A program made the translations under genes and the position numbers. Below the pieces are notes generated by a model. It had not been told where the DNA came from. It saw only the letters and a program-made list of their open reading frames with translations, and did not search any database. 64,000 nucleotides of DNA. Origin: a virus. Shown here piece by piece: positions 19,475-29,460 of the stretch. Within the stretch, counting starts at the first letter, position 1, and the number at the start of each line of letters is the position of its first letter. Location: positions 2,196-66,195 of the IMG/VR virus record IMGVR_UViG_3300049165_000116; one strand, written 5' to 3'.

Positions 19475-19640
19475 CGAGCGCCCCGCGGGAGATCCGGGGG
19501 GGCGCTCGCTTCTGGTCCTCCATGCCGAGCAGCATCAGCAATGGACGGGCCGACCATACGGCGCCGCGGTGATCAGTTTTCCCTCTCCCAGGTACAGCAG
19601 AGCGCCCGCTCCTCCCGGTCGTTGGAGGGGCGGGCGCTCG
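19475..19640. terminator. Two terminator-like hairpins between accessory and lysis modules
   Basis: CGAGCGCCCC...GGGGCGCTCG and GAGCGCCCGCTCCTCC...GGAGGGGCGGGCGCTC. Confidence 0.65.
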
Positions 19641-19656
19641 GCCGTGCGTGAGGGCC

Positions 19657-19828
19657 CGGGGACACCGGGGGACACGCGGGGGCGGTCACTGTCCCCCGGT
19701 GTCCCCACTGGTCAGGCCAAGGGGCGGCCCACCCCGGTCCCCGGCAGAGGACGGGGTGTCCCCCGCCGGGTCCCCGAGCGGGGACAGGCCGTCCCCGGTC
19801 CTGTCCGGCTCGGGGACGGGCGTCCCCG
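19657..19828. repeat. Cluster of GGGGAC/GTCCCC motifs
   Basis: About 11 copies in both orientations in 170 bp. Confidence 0.6.
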
Positions 19829-20186
19829 TAGGGCCGGAGCAGAGGTGGGCCAGCTGCTGGTTCGCAAGGTTCACCGCGTCCCGCAGACTCCCGCCACCGT
19901 TCGGGTACAGCTCGTGCTTGATGCGCTGGAGGTCGTCATCGAACCCGTTCATCCGGGTCTCCAGGCCCTCCATGCGCTCCATGACGCCGGGCCTGGCGGG
20001 AACGCCCGGGCGGGACGGTTCGCCCCGCCAGTCGTCAATGAACTCGTCCATGCGCCGGCCGATGCGGACGCCGGAGCGGATGCCGCGCCAGGCCAGGGCG
20101 CCGAGGGTGACGACGAGGGAGACCACGCCGCCCCAGACCAGGAGCGTGTCCACGGCCGGGACCCCCGTGGAGGGCGCCGCCATCAC
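19686..20186 (-). CDS. Lysis-cassette membrane protein
   Basis: One TM helix, coiled segment, EL.PNGGGSLRD motif common after actinophage holins. Confidence 0.75.
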   Translation of the reverse strand: MMAAPSTGVPAVDTLLVWGGVVSLVVTLGALAWRGIRSGVRIGRRMDEFIDDWRGEPSRPGVPARPGVMERMEGLETRMNGFDDDLQRIKHELYPNGGGSLRDAVNLANQQLAHLCSGPTGTPVPEPDRTGDGLSPLGDPAGDTPSSAGDRGGPPLGLTSGDTGGQ

Positions 20187-20488
20187 GCCGCCTTAACGAA
20201 AGCGTCCTGCGCCCGGCGGCTCACCCCGGTCGGCTTCCACAACCCAAAGTGCGCGGCCACGGCGATGACGAAGTTCACGGCGGTGAGGACCAGGGCGTCC
20301 CCGGCGTCCCACCCGGGGCCGGGCGCCGCGAGCTCCACCACGAAGGACTCCACCGCCGTGAGCGCGAGGAGGATGACGGCCTTCGTGCCCTCGCCCGTGA
20401 CGCGGGTGGTGACCAGGCCGACGAGGACCGGGAGGACGAAGGTGAGCAGCAGCCCGTACCAGTAGGCCGCATCCAGGGAGACGTTCAT
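20183..20488 (-). CDS. Putative holin
   Basis: 101 aa, three TM helices, GLWKPTG tail, follows the endolysin. Confidence 0.8.
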   Translation of the reverse strand: MNVSLDAAYWYGLLLTFVLPVLVGLVTTRVTGEGTKAVILLALTAVESFVVELAAPGPGWDAGDALVLTAVNFVIAVAAHFGLWKPTGVSRRAQDAFVKAA

Positions 20489-20502
20489 GAGGGGTGCCCT
20501 TT

Positions 20503-21426
20503 CTAGGCGACGACAACGAAGCCGTGCTTCGCGCCGAGTCGGGTGAGGGAGTCACGGCCGGGGATGCCGTCCGCCGGCTGGCCCGGGCGGCGACCGCGGT
20601 AGCCGCACCGCTCCTGCCACTCAGACATGGCCGTGACCGTGGTCGAGCCGTAATGGCCGTCCTGGAACCTCTTGGAGAGCAGGCCCTCATCCACGAGGGC
20701 GGCCTCCACGGTGATGACGCCGGCGTACGTGACCGGCGTGCCGACCATCTGCGGGTTGGACCGGGCCGCGGCGACGAGACGCGAGAGGTCCACAACCGGA
20801 CGGGAGGGCGTGGGCAGAGGCTTGGACGGGACGGCCTGGCCGAGGCGCGCGGCGATCCGGTCCCGCATGGACGGCATCGTGAACCCGCGAGGGTCCGGCT
20901 TCCCGGGCTGCCACTCCAGGTGTCCGAGGACGGAGAGGGCACCCCACCCGTGCGCCCGGCAGAGGGCGGCCGACGCCCGTTCGATCGCCAGGAGTTGGGC
21001 GTCCGGCCACGGGTCCTCTCCGTCGCCGGCGTTCACGCACTCGAACCCGTAGAAGTGCCGGTTCCCGTCCACCGTGGCCTGGTCGTCGGCGGGGAGCGGT
21101 CTCTCGGCTATCACGGCGCGGAGGACGTCCGGGTCCCCGAGACCGCCGTGGTTGGTGCGCCCCCACCCGATGAGGTGGACGGCGCCGCTCTTGGCGATCA
21201 TGCCGTGGCAGAGCGGCCCCGGCAGGCCGCTGTACCCGTCGCGCACGATGCGGACGGAGTTGGCCGTGCCGCGGGTCACGGTGTGGTGGATCATCACGCC
21301 GTGGACCGGGCCCCACGGACCGCGTGCGTTGCGGTTGTGCGTGCGCCACCCGGGCTCCTCCACGACGGTCACGCCCTCATCGCGGAGGGCGCGGAGCAGC
21401 CGGTCAGCGCTCAGCGGTTCACTCAT
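20503..21426 (-). CDS. Endolysin, N-acetylmuramoyl-L-alanine amidase with PG-binding C-terminus
   Basis: MIHHT, GFECVN, GHLEW...KPDP; DGHYGSTT and ADGIPG. Confidence 0.92.
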   Translation of the reverse strand: MSEPLSADRLLRALRDEGVTVVEEPGWRTHNRNARGPWGPVHGVMIHHTVTRGTANSVRIVRDGYSGLPGPLCHGMIAKSGAVHLIGWGRTNHGGLGDPDVLRAVIAERPLPADDQATVDGNRHFYGFECVNAGDGEDPWPDAQLLAIERASAALCRAHGWGALSVLGHLEWQPGKPDPRGFTMPSMRDRIAARLGQAVPSKPLPTPSRPVVDLSRLVAAARSNPQMVGTPVTYAGVITVEAALVDEGLLSKRFQDGHYGSTTVTAMSEWQERCGYRGRRPGQPADGIPGRDSLTRLGAKHGFVVVA

Positions 21427-21516
21427 GACGTCCCGTCCTTCCATGCGGTATCGGCCCGGGGAGGAGGGCCGGAAGCTGGTGCCAGGCCCGGGGCCCGGCG
21501 AAAGTGGCGGCGGGGG

Positions 21517-22497
21517 TCATCCGTAGAGCTCCACGAGCACGATCCCGCGCTCCCCCGCTCGGCCGGCCTGGGCGACGCCGTTCGCGGAGATCGAGCCGCC
21601 CCCGCCCGCGCCGTAGCCGCGCGGCACGTTGCCCACGCCAGCCGTGGCCCGGGAGGCGCCGCCGTGGCCCATCTGGGAGTCACCGCCGGCGCCGCCGATC
21701 CCGGCACTGGCGCTCAGCCGGATCGCGCCCTCACCGCCACCTCCGCCGATCGCCCACTGCCCGACGCCAGCAGCCGGGCCCGCGGTGCCGTTGGCGGTGG
21801 TCGCGGTGGTCCCGCTCGCCATCTGCGCCGCTCCGCCGGGGCCGCCGAGGGCCGTGGCGTGCGCGCCGAAGCTGGAGTTGCCGCCCGTGCCGCCAGCGCC
21901 GTTCGCGGCGGCTCCCGCGGCGCCGCCGGCGCCTACGGTCACGGTCTCGGAGGCCGCGAGCGCGGCGACGTCGATCAGGGCCTCCGCGTACCCTCCGCCC
22001 GCGCCGCCGGCCCGCCAGACCGACTGTCCTGCCGCGGCGGAGGCACCGGCCGACCCGCCACCGCCAGCCTGGACGCGCACCCGGACCCGGGCGAGCCAGG
22101 GATACGAGGCCTTCGTGAAGGCGAAGGTTCCGGCGGTGTTGTACGTGACGATCTGGCGCAGCCCCATGGTCCCGGGCTTGAGACAGATCTGGCCCTCCGC
22201 GTTGGTCTGGAAGTATTCGGGGCAGACCGCGATGGGCCCGCCGCTCCCGTTGCCACCGAAGGTGAAGATCCCGCCGTCCGTCCCGAAGGTCGTGGCGTTG
22301 GCCGGGTCCGTGGAGATCCGCGCGCTGATCGTGCCGGTGATCGGGTCGTACTCGATGCCCTCCCCGGCCTGGAGCAGCTGTGCCAGGTCCACAGACACGT
22401 TGAACGGGGCGCTCGCTGAGCCGTTGCCGGTGACCACGATCGCCCCGGAGCCCTGTAGCGCACAGGAGCAACCTCCTTGGCACCCACACCTGGCCAT
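21517..22497 (-). CDS. Gly-rich minor tail/fibre protein
   Basis: Cys-rich N-terminus; VRVQAGGGG...GGGY...VTVGAGG...G.VLVE Gly-rich domain. Confidence 0.7.
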   Translation of the reverse strand: MARCGCQGGCSCALQGSGAIVVTGNGSASAPFNVSVDLAQLLQAGEGIEYDPITGTISARISTDPANATTFGTDGGIFTFGGNGSGGPIAVCPEYFQTNAEGQICLKPGTMGLRQIVTYNTAGTFAFTKASYPWLARVRVRVQAGGGGSAGASAAAGQSVWRAGGAGGGYAEALIDVAALAASETVTVGAGGAAGAAANGAGGTGGNSSFGAHATALGGPGGAAQMASGTTATTANGTAGPAAGVGQWAIGGGGGEGAIRLSASAGIGGAGGDSQMGHGGASRATAGVGNVPRGYGAGGGGSISANGVAQAGRAGERGIVLVELYG

Positions 22498-22499
22498 GT

Positions 22500-22787
22500 C
22501 TATCCCTGCCTCTCGTGCATGTCGGTCTCCTCCTGGCCCTCGTCGGCCTCCGGGCAGTCGCCTCGGCAGCGGCCCGTGCACCCGCACGCGAGGGCCGCCA
22601 GGCGCGCCTGTTGCCCGGGCGGGGCGGACAGGTCCACCTGGAAGTGCTGGCCGTCCACCCACCCGAGCCCGAGAGCGGCCGTGAGCCCGCCGGCCGTGGA
22701 CTGGGCGGCGCGGCCCAGGGCTCTCTGGGTGGAGGTCATGGCGCGTACGGCGGGCTGTGCGGCGCGCTGGCCGGGGGCTGGGCTCAC
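22500..22787 (-). CDS. Small tail-region protein
   Basis: Coupled ORF, C-terminal CGCTGRCRGDC. Confidence 0.55.
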   Translation of the reverse strand: MSPAPGQRAAQPAVRAMTSTQRALGRAAQSTAGGLTAALGLGWVDGQHFQVDLSAPPGQQARLAALACGCTGRCRGDCPEADEGQEETDMHERQG

Positions 22788-23935
22788 GGGGGATCTCCTA
22801 CGAAGGGGTCACCAATCGGGATCAGGCCGACGCCGACGTTTTCACCGTTGTCGCCCCACTCCACGTCCACGTCCGAGAGGCGGTAGGGCTGCGTGAGGCC
22901 CATGCACATGCCGGTCGCGGCGACGTCGATCCGCACGCCTGGCACGAGCTGACGGATTGACACCGGGGCCGTGGCGGCGAGGCCGGCGCCGTCCGGGATG
23001 CGCAGCGACGTGGGCACCGGGTTCCGGCCGGCGTAGGAGGCGCGGGCGATCTGCCACAGGTCGTACGCGGTCAGGCCCTCAGCCGTCGTGCGGATGAGGT
23101 GGTCCAGACGCCCGTAGTACGCGCTCACCACACCGGACACCCCGAACTGCGAGCCCGTGATGTCCTGGTCCTCTTGGTTGGTGACCCACACCAGGGAGGC
23201 GGCATTGGTGCCGTCGCGGACGATCTCGACGTCTCCGGCGAAGGAGTCGAGGTTGAGCCGGGCCTGCGCCGGGTCAGCGGTGGTCTGTGGCCGGCCGAGG
23301 ATGAGGGAGCGGCCCACGGTGGTGTACTCCAGGCCGCGCGGCACCAGCTCCTCATCCATGATGCGGAGGATTGGCACGAGCCAGATCTCGTTGTCGGCCG
23401 TGCCGTCCTTCTCGAAACGGGCGCTCACGGTGTCGTCCTGGCGGACGATGTAGGGCAGCATCCGGGGCCAGTCCGGCGAGGAGGCGTAGAGCCCGCCGGA
23501 CAAGTTCTCCCGGATGATGGACTCCGCGATCTGCTGGATAGGGCCCTGCCGTTTCGGGTCAGCCGCGTTGGTGCTGACGTACCGCAGGAGGGTGGTGTTC
23601 ACGGTGCGGGCCAGCCACTCCGTCACGTCCCGGGCCTCGACCGTGAACCGGGTGCGGTTCTCCGTCACACGGAAGACGGGTCCCTGCCAGACCAGCTCAC
23701 TGTCCCGGTAGATCGAGAGCTCGTGTACGAAGGGCTCGATCTGCCCAAGCTCGCCGCAGCACGCGGCGCCGGCCATTCCCTTGGCGATCGTGATGGTGGC
23801 CTCGGCGGTGTCGTTCAGCGTGCGGTTCCACTTCACCGACGTGAGCGCGCTCACCGCCGGGGAGGTGTACGGGCGGGCGCCGCCCCGCCAGTGGATGACG
23901 GCCCGGTACTCCTGGGGACACCCGAGGACGCTCAT
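22784..23935 (-). CDS. Minor tail (hub/Tal-like) protein
   Basis: Second gene after tape measure; HEL.IYRD..LVWQGP. Confidence 0.75.
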   Translation of the reverse strand: MSVLGCPQEYRAVIHWRGGARPYTSPAVSALTSVKWNRTLNDTAEATITIAKGMAGAACCGELGQIEPFVHELSIYRDSELVWQGPVFRVTENRTRFTVEARDVTEWLARTVNTTLLRYVSTNAADPKRQGPIQQIAESIIRENLSGGLYASSPDWPRMLPYIVRQDDTVSARFEKDGTADNEIWLVPILRIMDEELVPRGLEYTTVGRSLILGRPQTTADPAQARLNLDSFAGDVEIVRDGTNAASLVWVTNQEDQDITGSQFGVSGVVSAYYGRLDHLIRTTAEGLTAYDLWQIARASYAGRNPVPTSLRIPDGAGLAATAPVSIRQLVPGVRIDVAATGMCMGLTQPYRLSDVDVEWGDNGENVGVGLIPIGDPFVGDPP

Positions 23936-25176
23936 CAACCCACGTCCGACCGGGGGACGAGGAGCACCCGCGCACGGGCGCCCGCGGCCGTCGTCGCGGC
24001 GGTGCTCAGGATCTCGATGCAGAGGCCGGTGGGACACGAGAAGATCGGCCACTCAAACGCCTGGCCCAACGGCCCGTAGAGCGTCGGCTCACTGCTGGAG
24101 GACCCCAGGACTCCCTGGGGGCACTCCACGGTGGCGGTCTGCGTCCGGCCGTCCACGGTGAGCGTGGAGCCCGCCGGGAGGTAGGGGATTTGGATGTCCG
24201 TGCACGCGGCGCACGGGTCAGCCACGTCCATGCAGTCCCCGCCGAGCGGGTTGGCCCAGAACCGCACGATCAGGCGTCGCATCGCACTGGCGCCGGTCTC
24301 CAGCTCGAGCACCGGCACGGCCTCCAGCCATTCCGGCTGATCCATCGGGGAGAGGGCCACCACCGACCGGCGGAACTCCGCCGGCCCGGTGGGGTAGCAG
24401 GCATCCACCGGCACCGGCGCCCGGATCGGGAGCGGCGGTGGCGGACAGAGCGGGTCCTCCAGGCACGGCGTGGCCTCCGCGCAGTCCCCATAGATCTCGT
24501 CCGGGTCCATCGTCAGGACCTCACCGCCGGCCAGGTCCACCCACTGGGTCAGGCTCTCCAGCGGTTCCCGGTAGATCCACGGGACGGCGGCGGCCAGGGT
24601 GAACGTCGCCTCCGCGATGATCCCTTCGGGCAGGTAGCGCACGGAGGTGATCTGTGGGCCGGTCATCAACCCGACGCCGTAGAGGTGGCGGAGCTCGCGC
24701 GTGCCGTCGCCGGTCGGGCAGCACGCGAACGCGCCGAGCTCATCACCCCCGCAGCTGCCTTCGCACGGCGCGCCGCGGAGGGCGGAGGCCAGCCACTCCA
24801 GGGCGTAGGCGAGGGCGCACTCCTCCAGGACGAGGAGGAGCACGGTGTAGGTGATCTCCCGGTGGGAGCGCCGGGCGACGCCGAGCGCGGCGCCGTCGCC
24901 CACGAGCTGGACCGCGGTCCGGGCCAGCGTGGACTGGGAGAAACCGGCGGCGGACAGACCCATGACGCCGAGGAAGGAGGCCGACTCCGGTACGGCCGGG
25001 TCGTACCAGGGTGCCGGGTCGGCCACCGGGTCCACATAGGGCTGGTCGTTGATGGCCTCCGCCAGTCCGGGGCACGGCTCGCAGCCCTCCAGGAGGCAGT
25101 GTTTCCCGGCGTACACGGCGGCCCGGGCGGAGTTGATGATCTCCGTACACCCGAGGTCCATGTAGTCGCTGATCAC
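23935..25176 (-). CDS. Minor tail (distal tail-like) protein, Cys-rich
   Basis: Immediately after tape measure; EIINSAR, APWYDP, FTL.A..PW.Y. Confidence 0.75.
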   Translation of the reverse strand: MISDYMDLGCTEIINSARAAVYAGKHCLLEGCEPCPGLAEAINDQPYVDPVADPAPWYDPAVPESASFLGVMGLSAAGFSQSTLARTAVQLVGDGAALGVARRSHREITYTVLLLVLEECALAYALEWLASALRGAPCEGSCGGDELGAFACCPTGDGTRELRHLYGVGLMTGPQITSVRYLPEGIIAEATFTLAAAVPWIYREPLESLTQWVDLAGGEVLTMDPDEIYGDCAEATPCLEDPLCPPPPLPIRAPVPVDACYPTGPAEFRRSVVALSPMDQPEWLEAVPVLELETGASAMRRLIVRFWANPLGGDCMDVADPCAACTDIQIPYLPAGSTLTVDGRTQTATVECPQGVLGSSSSEPTLYGPLGQAFEWPIFSCPTGLCIEILSTAATTAAGARARVLLVPRSDVG

Positions 25177-25177
25177 G

Positions 25178-28100
25178 TCATACCCCCGCCGCTCGGGCCA
25201 TCTGGCCGTAGAGGTGTTCGGCCAGGACGCGCGGGTCCTGAGCGTTCGTGGTGATGTTCCAGGTGTGCGTGATGTTGCGGACTCCGCCGGTCGGTGCCGC
25301 TGCCGGGCCCCCTCCGGGCGGGGCGATCACGCCACGCTTCGCCAGCAGCTCCAGGAGCCCCGAGCGCTGCGCGAGCTCCACCGCCCGGGCGGGCCGGGTC
25401 AGGGGCAGGATGACCTCGCGGCCGGCCTCACCCACCAGGCCGATGACGGGCCTGTCCACGATCCCGCCGTCCGCGAAGGGCAGCGCGCCCCGGACGGCAG
25501 CGGGCAGCCCGGCCTTGATCTTGCTGACGATCCTGCCGCCGATGTCTCCGAGGACTCCGATGATCCGGCCGGGCAGGCTGGAGAACGCGCGGACGACGCT
25601 GTTGATCAGGCTGTTGACGGAGCGCAGCGCGGAGGACGTCGCCCGCGAGAACGCCCCGCCGATCCGGGAGCCCAGGGAAGAGAGGGCCGACCCGATGCGC
25701 CCGGGCAGGGAGGAGAAGTACGAGGCCGCCGATGAGCCGAACGCCCGGGCGCGGGCCAGGGCCGTGCTCCCGGCCGTGGTGAACGCGGTGGCCACCCTCG
25801 ACCCCAGCGAGGAGAGCCCGGAGGAGATACGCCCCGGGAGCTGGGAGAAGAACGTGGAGACGGATGTCCCAAAGGACCGCGCCCGCGCGAGGGCCGTGTT
25901 ACCGGCCGTGGTGAACGCGGTGGCCACCCTCGACCCCAGCGAGGAGAGTCCGGTGGCGATCCTCCCGGGAAGCTGCTGGAAGAACGTCGCCACGGACGTC
26001 CCGAAGGCCTGCGCCCGCGCCATGGCCGCCGTGCCGGCCGAGGTGAACGCGTTGGAGATTGCGGACCCGAGCGAGGAGAGGCCGGCGGCGATCCTCCCGG
26101 GGAGCTGCTGGAAGAACGTGACGATGTTGACGCTGACCGCGATGAGCGTCAGGACGGCGTTCGCAACGGCTGTCGTGAACAGTTCGATGAGGAGGCCGGG
26201 CAGCGCGGCCAGGCCCGCGGCGATCCTCCCGGGGAGCAACTGGAAGAACGTGACGACCGAATCGACGCCGTTACTGACCGCCGTGGTGATGGAGGTCCAG
26301 AGGTCGGAGAAGAACTGGACGACCTGCGCGGCGCCGGTGCTGACGGCCGTGGTGGCGGAGGTCCACAGGTCGGAGAAGAACTGGACGACCTGGGCAACGC
26401 CGTTGGACGTGGCCGTAGTGGCGGAGGTCCACAGGTCGGAGAAGAACTGGCCGACCCGGGCGACCGCACCGGAGATCATGCCGGGGAGCGCCACCCAGAA
26501 CCGATGCACCGCCGCCGACGCGTTGAGGAGCCCGGCCAGGGCCCCGACCACGCCCCGGATGATGGGGACGACGATGTTCAGCGTCGCCCAGCTCGCGAAC
26601 GCGGCCGCGAGCTGGAGGACGGGAGCCAGGAGCTCCACGACCATGATGACGAGCGGCGAGACGGCGCTCACCAGGTTGGAGATCGCCGGGAAGATCGGCA
26701 GGAGGGCCTGGACGATCCCGGAGAAAGCGTCAATCAGCGGGGGCAGGACCGGGAGGAGCGCGGCGGTGAGCGCCGAGATCACCGGCACCAGGGCCGCCGA
26801 GACCTGGACGAGGGTGTCCGCGACGGCGGCCAGGAGCGGGGAGAGTGTGGCGACCAGCGCGCCGAGCTGCTGGCCGAGCCCGGTCGCCAGGGGAACGATC
26901 GCCCGTGTCAGGGCGGTGAAAGCCGCCGTGATGGGCGGCAGGACCGGCATGAGCGCGCCGACCAGGGCTTGGATGATCGGCGCGAACAGCGCGGCGAGAC
27001 TCTGCAGAACCGGCGCGAGGACGGACGCGACCAGGTTCGCGAGCTGCCCGACCAGGGGCAGGATCGGGGCCAGGCCCCGGATGATGGACGCGAGCGCGGC
27101 GCCGACCGGCCCGAGGGCGGGGCCGAGGGCGGTGAAAGCCTGGGCGAGGGCAGAGCCGACCGTGGCGAGCGCCGGCGCGATGGCGGCCAGGGCCGGGCCG
27201 AGCGAGTTGATCAGGCCGACGATGGCCGGGCCGAGCGCCGTGAAGATGGGCCCGATCGCCGGCGCGATGGCGCCGACTTGGGTGATCAGCGCGGAAAGGA
27301 TCGGGCCGAGCTGGGCCGCGACCGTGGCCACCGTCCGAAAGATGTTGGTGATGGCCTCCTGGCCCTTGGCCGAGTTGACGAACTCGGCCATGGACCGGGT
27401 GATCTCCTGGAGGTTCCCCAGGAAACCACCGCCGGCCGTCTCCCCGGCTCGGAAGACGCCGGCGATGATCGAGCCGATGTTGCCCAGGAGGTCCCCGAGG
27501 CGGGCGAACGCGGTGAGCGCGCCGTCCACCCAGGCGACGGCCTGACCGCTCTCGGAGATCCGGGTGAGGAACCCGCCGAAGCGTTCCATGAGCCCGGAGA
27601 TCCCGGACCCGAGCTCCGCGCCGAAGGCCTTCGCGACGGCGGCGCCAACGTCGGTGAACCCCTGGATGAGGGGCCGGATGCCGGTGACCAGGCCGCCCAC
27701 GGCGTCCTGGGTGCCCTGGAGGATCGTCCGGGCGTTGTTCAGGAACCGCTGGCTCCGGACGAACTTGAGCCCTTCGTCCGCCGCCGCTCCGAACTCCGCA
27801 GCGATGTTCTGGAGGTTCGCCTTGAGGGGCAGGAGGTTGCGTACCGCCCCGCTGACCTGGCCGGCGAACTGCTCGAAAAACGCCTGCTGGACGCTTTGCT
27901 GGACCTTCTTGAGTTCAGGCGCCAGTTCCCGGACCGCGGTGACGGCCTCGCGGGCGGCCGGAGCCAGTTTCTCCAGGGCCTCCTGGTACTTCTGGGCGCT
28001 GTCCCCGAACGCGGCCGAGAGGGCATCGGAGACGCCGACCAGCGCGAGGCGGAGGGTGCCGGCCGCGGCCTGGAACCCCATGATGAGCGCGGGGTACGCC

Positions 28101-29062
28101 GCGATGATCCCGGCCGCTGGCGCGAGGGCCGCGGCCAGGCCGCCGACCGCTGACGCCGCTCCGGCCGCGGCGATGCCGATGGCACCGATCCGCAGTAGGC
28201 CGCCGAGGGAGCGGCCGACCCGCCCGGCGATCCCGCCGAGGGCGCCCAGGGCGCGGCTGAAACGGTTGGTGTCAACGTCGGCGTTGACGTTGATGTCTGG
28301 GGCGTTGTGCGCCCGGATGCGCTCGTCCAGGCCGTCCAGGTCCGGGACGACCGTGACCTCGAACTCCTGCCCCGCCAGGGCGGAGCGCAGCCGCTCCGCG
28401 AAGGCCTCCAAGTCGGGGAGGATCGGGACGTTGATCCCGTTCAGGTCGGACAGGCCCTGGACCAACGCCCGGTCGAATCGACGCAGGTCCGGGAGGATCG
28501 GAACGTTGATGCCGTCCAGGTCCCGGAGGCCCTGGACGAGGAGCCGGTCAAAGCGCCGGAGGTCCGGGGCGACGCGTACGGAGACCGCGTCCAGGCCGCG
28601 GAGCCCGGCGGCCAGGAGCGTCCGGAACCGGGTGACGTCGGGAGCAACCCGTACGGAGACCGCGTCCAGGCCGCGGAGCCCGGCGGACAGAAGCGTCCGG
28701 AACCGGGTGAGGTCCGGGGCGACAGGAACGGCGGCGGCGTCCAGGCCGCGGAGCCCGGCGGACAGAAGCGGCTGGAAACGGCGGAGGTCCGGAGCAACCT
28801 GGACGCTGGCCGTCAGGCCTCGTAGGCCGGTGTTGACCAGTCGGCTGAAACGCCGTACGTCCGGCTCTACCTGGACACTGACGGCGCCGGCGGCGGCCAG
28901 GCCGCGCTGGATGTTCCGCCGGATGGTCGCGCCGACAGTGCGCGTGCTGCGGTCCAGCGCCCTCTGGATACGCGCGCCGAGGTCGCGCGAGTCAGCAACC
29001 GCACCCGCATCGTCCAGTTCGATGCGGATGCGTGCTGAGCCGTAGTCCTCTTCCTCGGCCAA
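25178..29062 (-). CDS. Tape measure protein
   Basis: 1294 aa Ala/Leu/Gly-rich helical repeats; C-terminal FADGGIV...GEAGRE. Confidence 0.95.
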   Translation of the reverse strand: MAEEEDYGSARIRIELDDAGAVADSRDLGARIQRALDRSTRTVGATIRRNIQRGLAAAGAVSVQVEPDVRRFSRLVNTGLRGLTASVQVAPDLRRFQPLLSAGLRGLDAAAVPVAPDLTRFRTLLSAGLRGLDAVSVRVAPDVTRFRTLLAAGLRGLDAVSVRVAPDLRRFDRLLVQGLRDLDGINVPILPDLRRFDRALVQGLSDLNGINVPILPDLEAFAERLRSALAGQEFEVTVVPDLDGLDERIRAHNAPDINVNADVDTNRFSRALGALGGIAGRVGRSLGGLLRIGAIGIAAAGAASAVGGLAAALAPAAGIIAAYPALIMGFQAAAGTLRLALVGVSDALSAAFGDSAQKYQEALEKLAPAAREAVTAVRELAPELKKVQQSVQQAFFEQFAGQVSGAVRNLLPLKANLQNIAAEFGAAADEGLKFVRSQRFLNNARTILQGTQDAVGGLVTGIRPLIQGFTDVGAAVAKAFGAELGSGISGLMERFGGFLTRISESGQAVAWVDGALTAFARLGDLLGNIGSIIAGVFRAGETAGGGFLGNLQEITRSMAEFVNSAKGQEAITNIFRTVATVAAQLGPILSALITQVGAIAPAIGPIFTALGPAIVGLINSLGPALAAIAPALATVGSALAQAFTALGPALGPVGAALASIIRGLAPILPLVGQLANLVASVLAPVLQSLAALFAPIIQALVGALMPVLPPITAAFTALTRAIVPLATGLGQQLGALVATLSPLLAAVADTLVQVSAALVPVISALTAALLPVLPPLIDAFSGIVQALLPIFPAISNLVSAVSPLVIMVVELLAPVLQLAAAFASWATLNIVVPIIRGVVGALAGLLNASAAVHRFWVALPGMISGAVARVGQFFSDLWTSATTATSNGVAQVVQFFSDLWTSATTAVSTGAAQVVQFFSDLWTSITTAVSNGVDSVVTFFQLLPGRIAAGLAALPGLLIELFTTAVANAVLTLIAVSVNIVTFFQQLPGRIAAGLSSLGSAISNAFTSAGTAAMARAQAFGTSVATFFQQLPGRIATGLSSLGSRVATAFTTAGNTALARARSFGTSVSTFFSQLPGRISSGLSSLGSRVATAFTTAGSTALARARAFGSSAASYFSSLPGRIGSALSSLGSRIGGAFSRATSSALRSVNSLINSVVRAFSSLPGRIIGVLGDIGGRIVSKIKAGLPAAVRGALPFADGGIVDRPVIGLVGEAGREVILPLTRPARAVELAQRSGLLELLAKRGVIAPPGGGPAAAPTGGVRNITHTWNITTNAQDPRVLAEHLYGQMARAAGV

Positions 29063-29128
29063 GGCAACCCCACGCGTGCGGTGGATTGCCCGGCCCAGAA
29101 CCAGCGGCGAAAATCGGTCTCCAGACTA
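29063..29128 (-). promoter_or_regulatory. Late-gene leader element copy 1 (tape measure)
   Basis: TAGTCT -10; CGCCGCTGGTTCTGGGCCGGGC at 29109-29088; hairpin GGCAATCCAC/GTGGGGTTGCC up to the TTG start. Confidence 0.8.
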
Positions 29129-29460
29129 GCCGGTACTCCGGCCGGTCAGGCGTGCGTCTTCTGCGGCGAGCTGCGCCATGAGGGCCTGGGCGCCGGCCTG
29201 GTCCAGCCTCGTCCCGGGCGGACGGCTCATGCGGCGGCCCTCAGCGCCGGGGACCCGGGGCGGGGCGTAGAGCTGTGCCCGGTTGCGCTCCCGCTCCACC
29301 TCGTCCTCGGCCGCGTCCTCAATGGCGGCCTCGGCCGCCGCGAGCATGACCCTTAGCGGCCACGCGTGGATGTCGATGCCCTGGAGGGCGAGACGCCCCT
29401 CCCACGCGGTCCAGGAGGCGGCGATGCTGGTGCAGAGCCGTTGGACGACGTAGGAGGGCG
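29126..29460 (-). CDS. Tail assembly chaperone, frameshifted (GT-like) extension
   Basis: -1 frame ORF overlapping the TAC 3' end, directly before tape measure. Confidence 0.65.
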
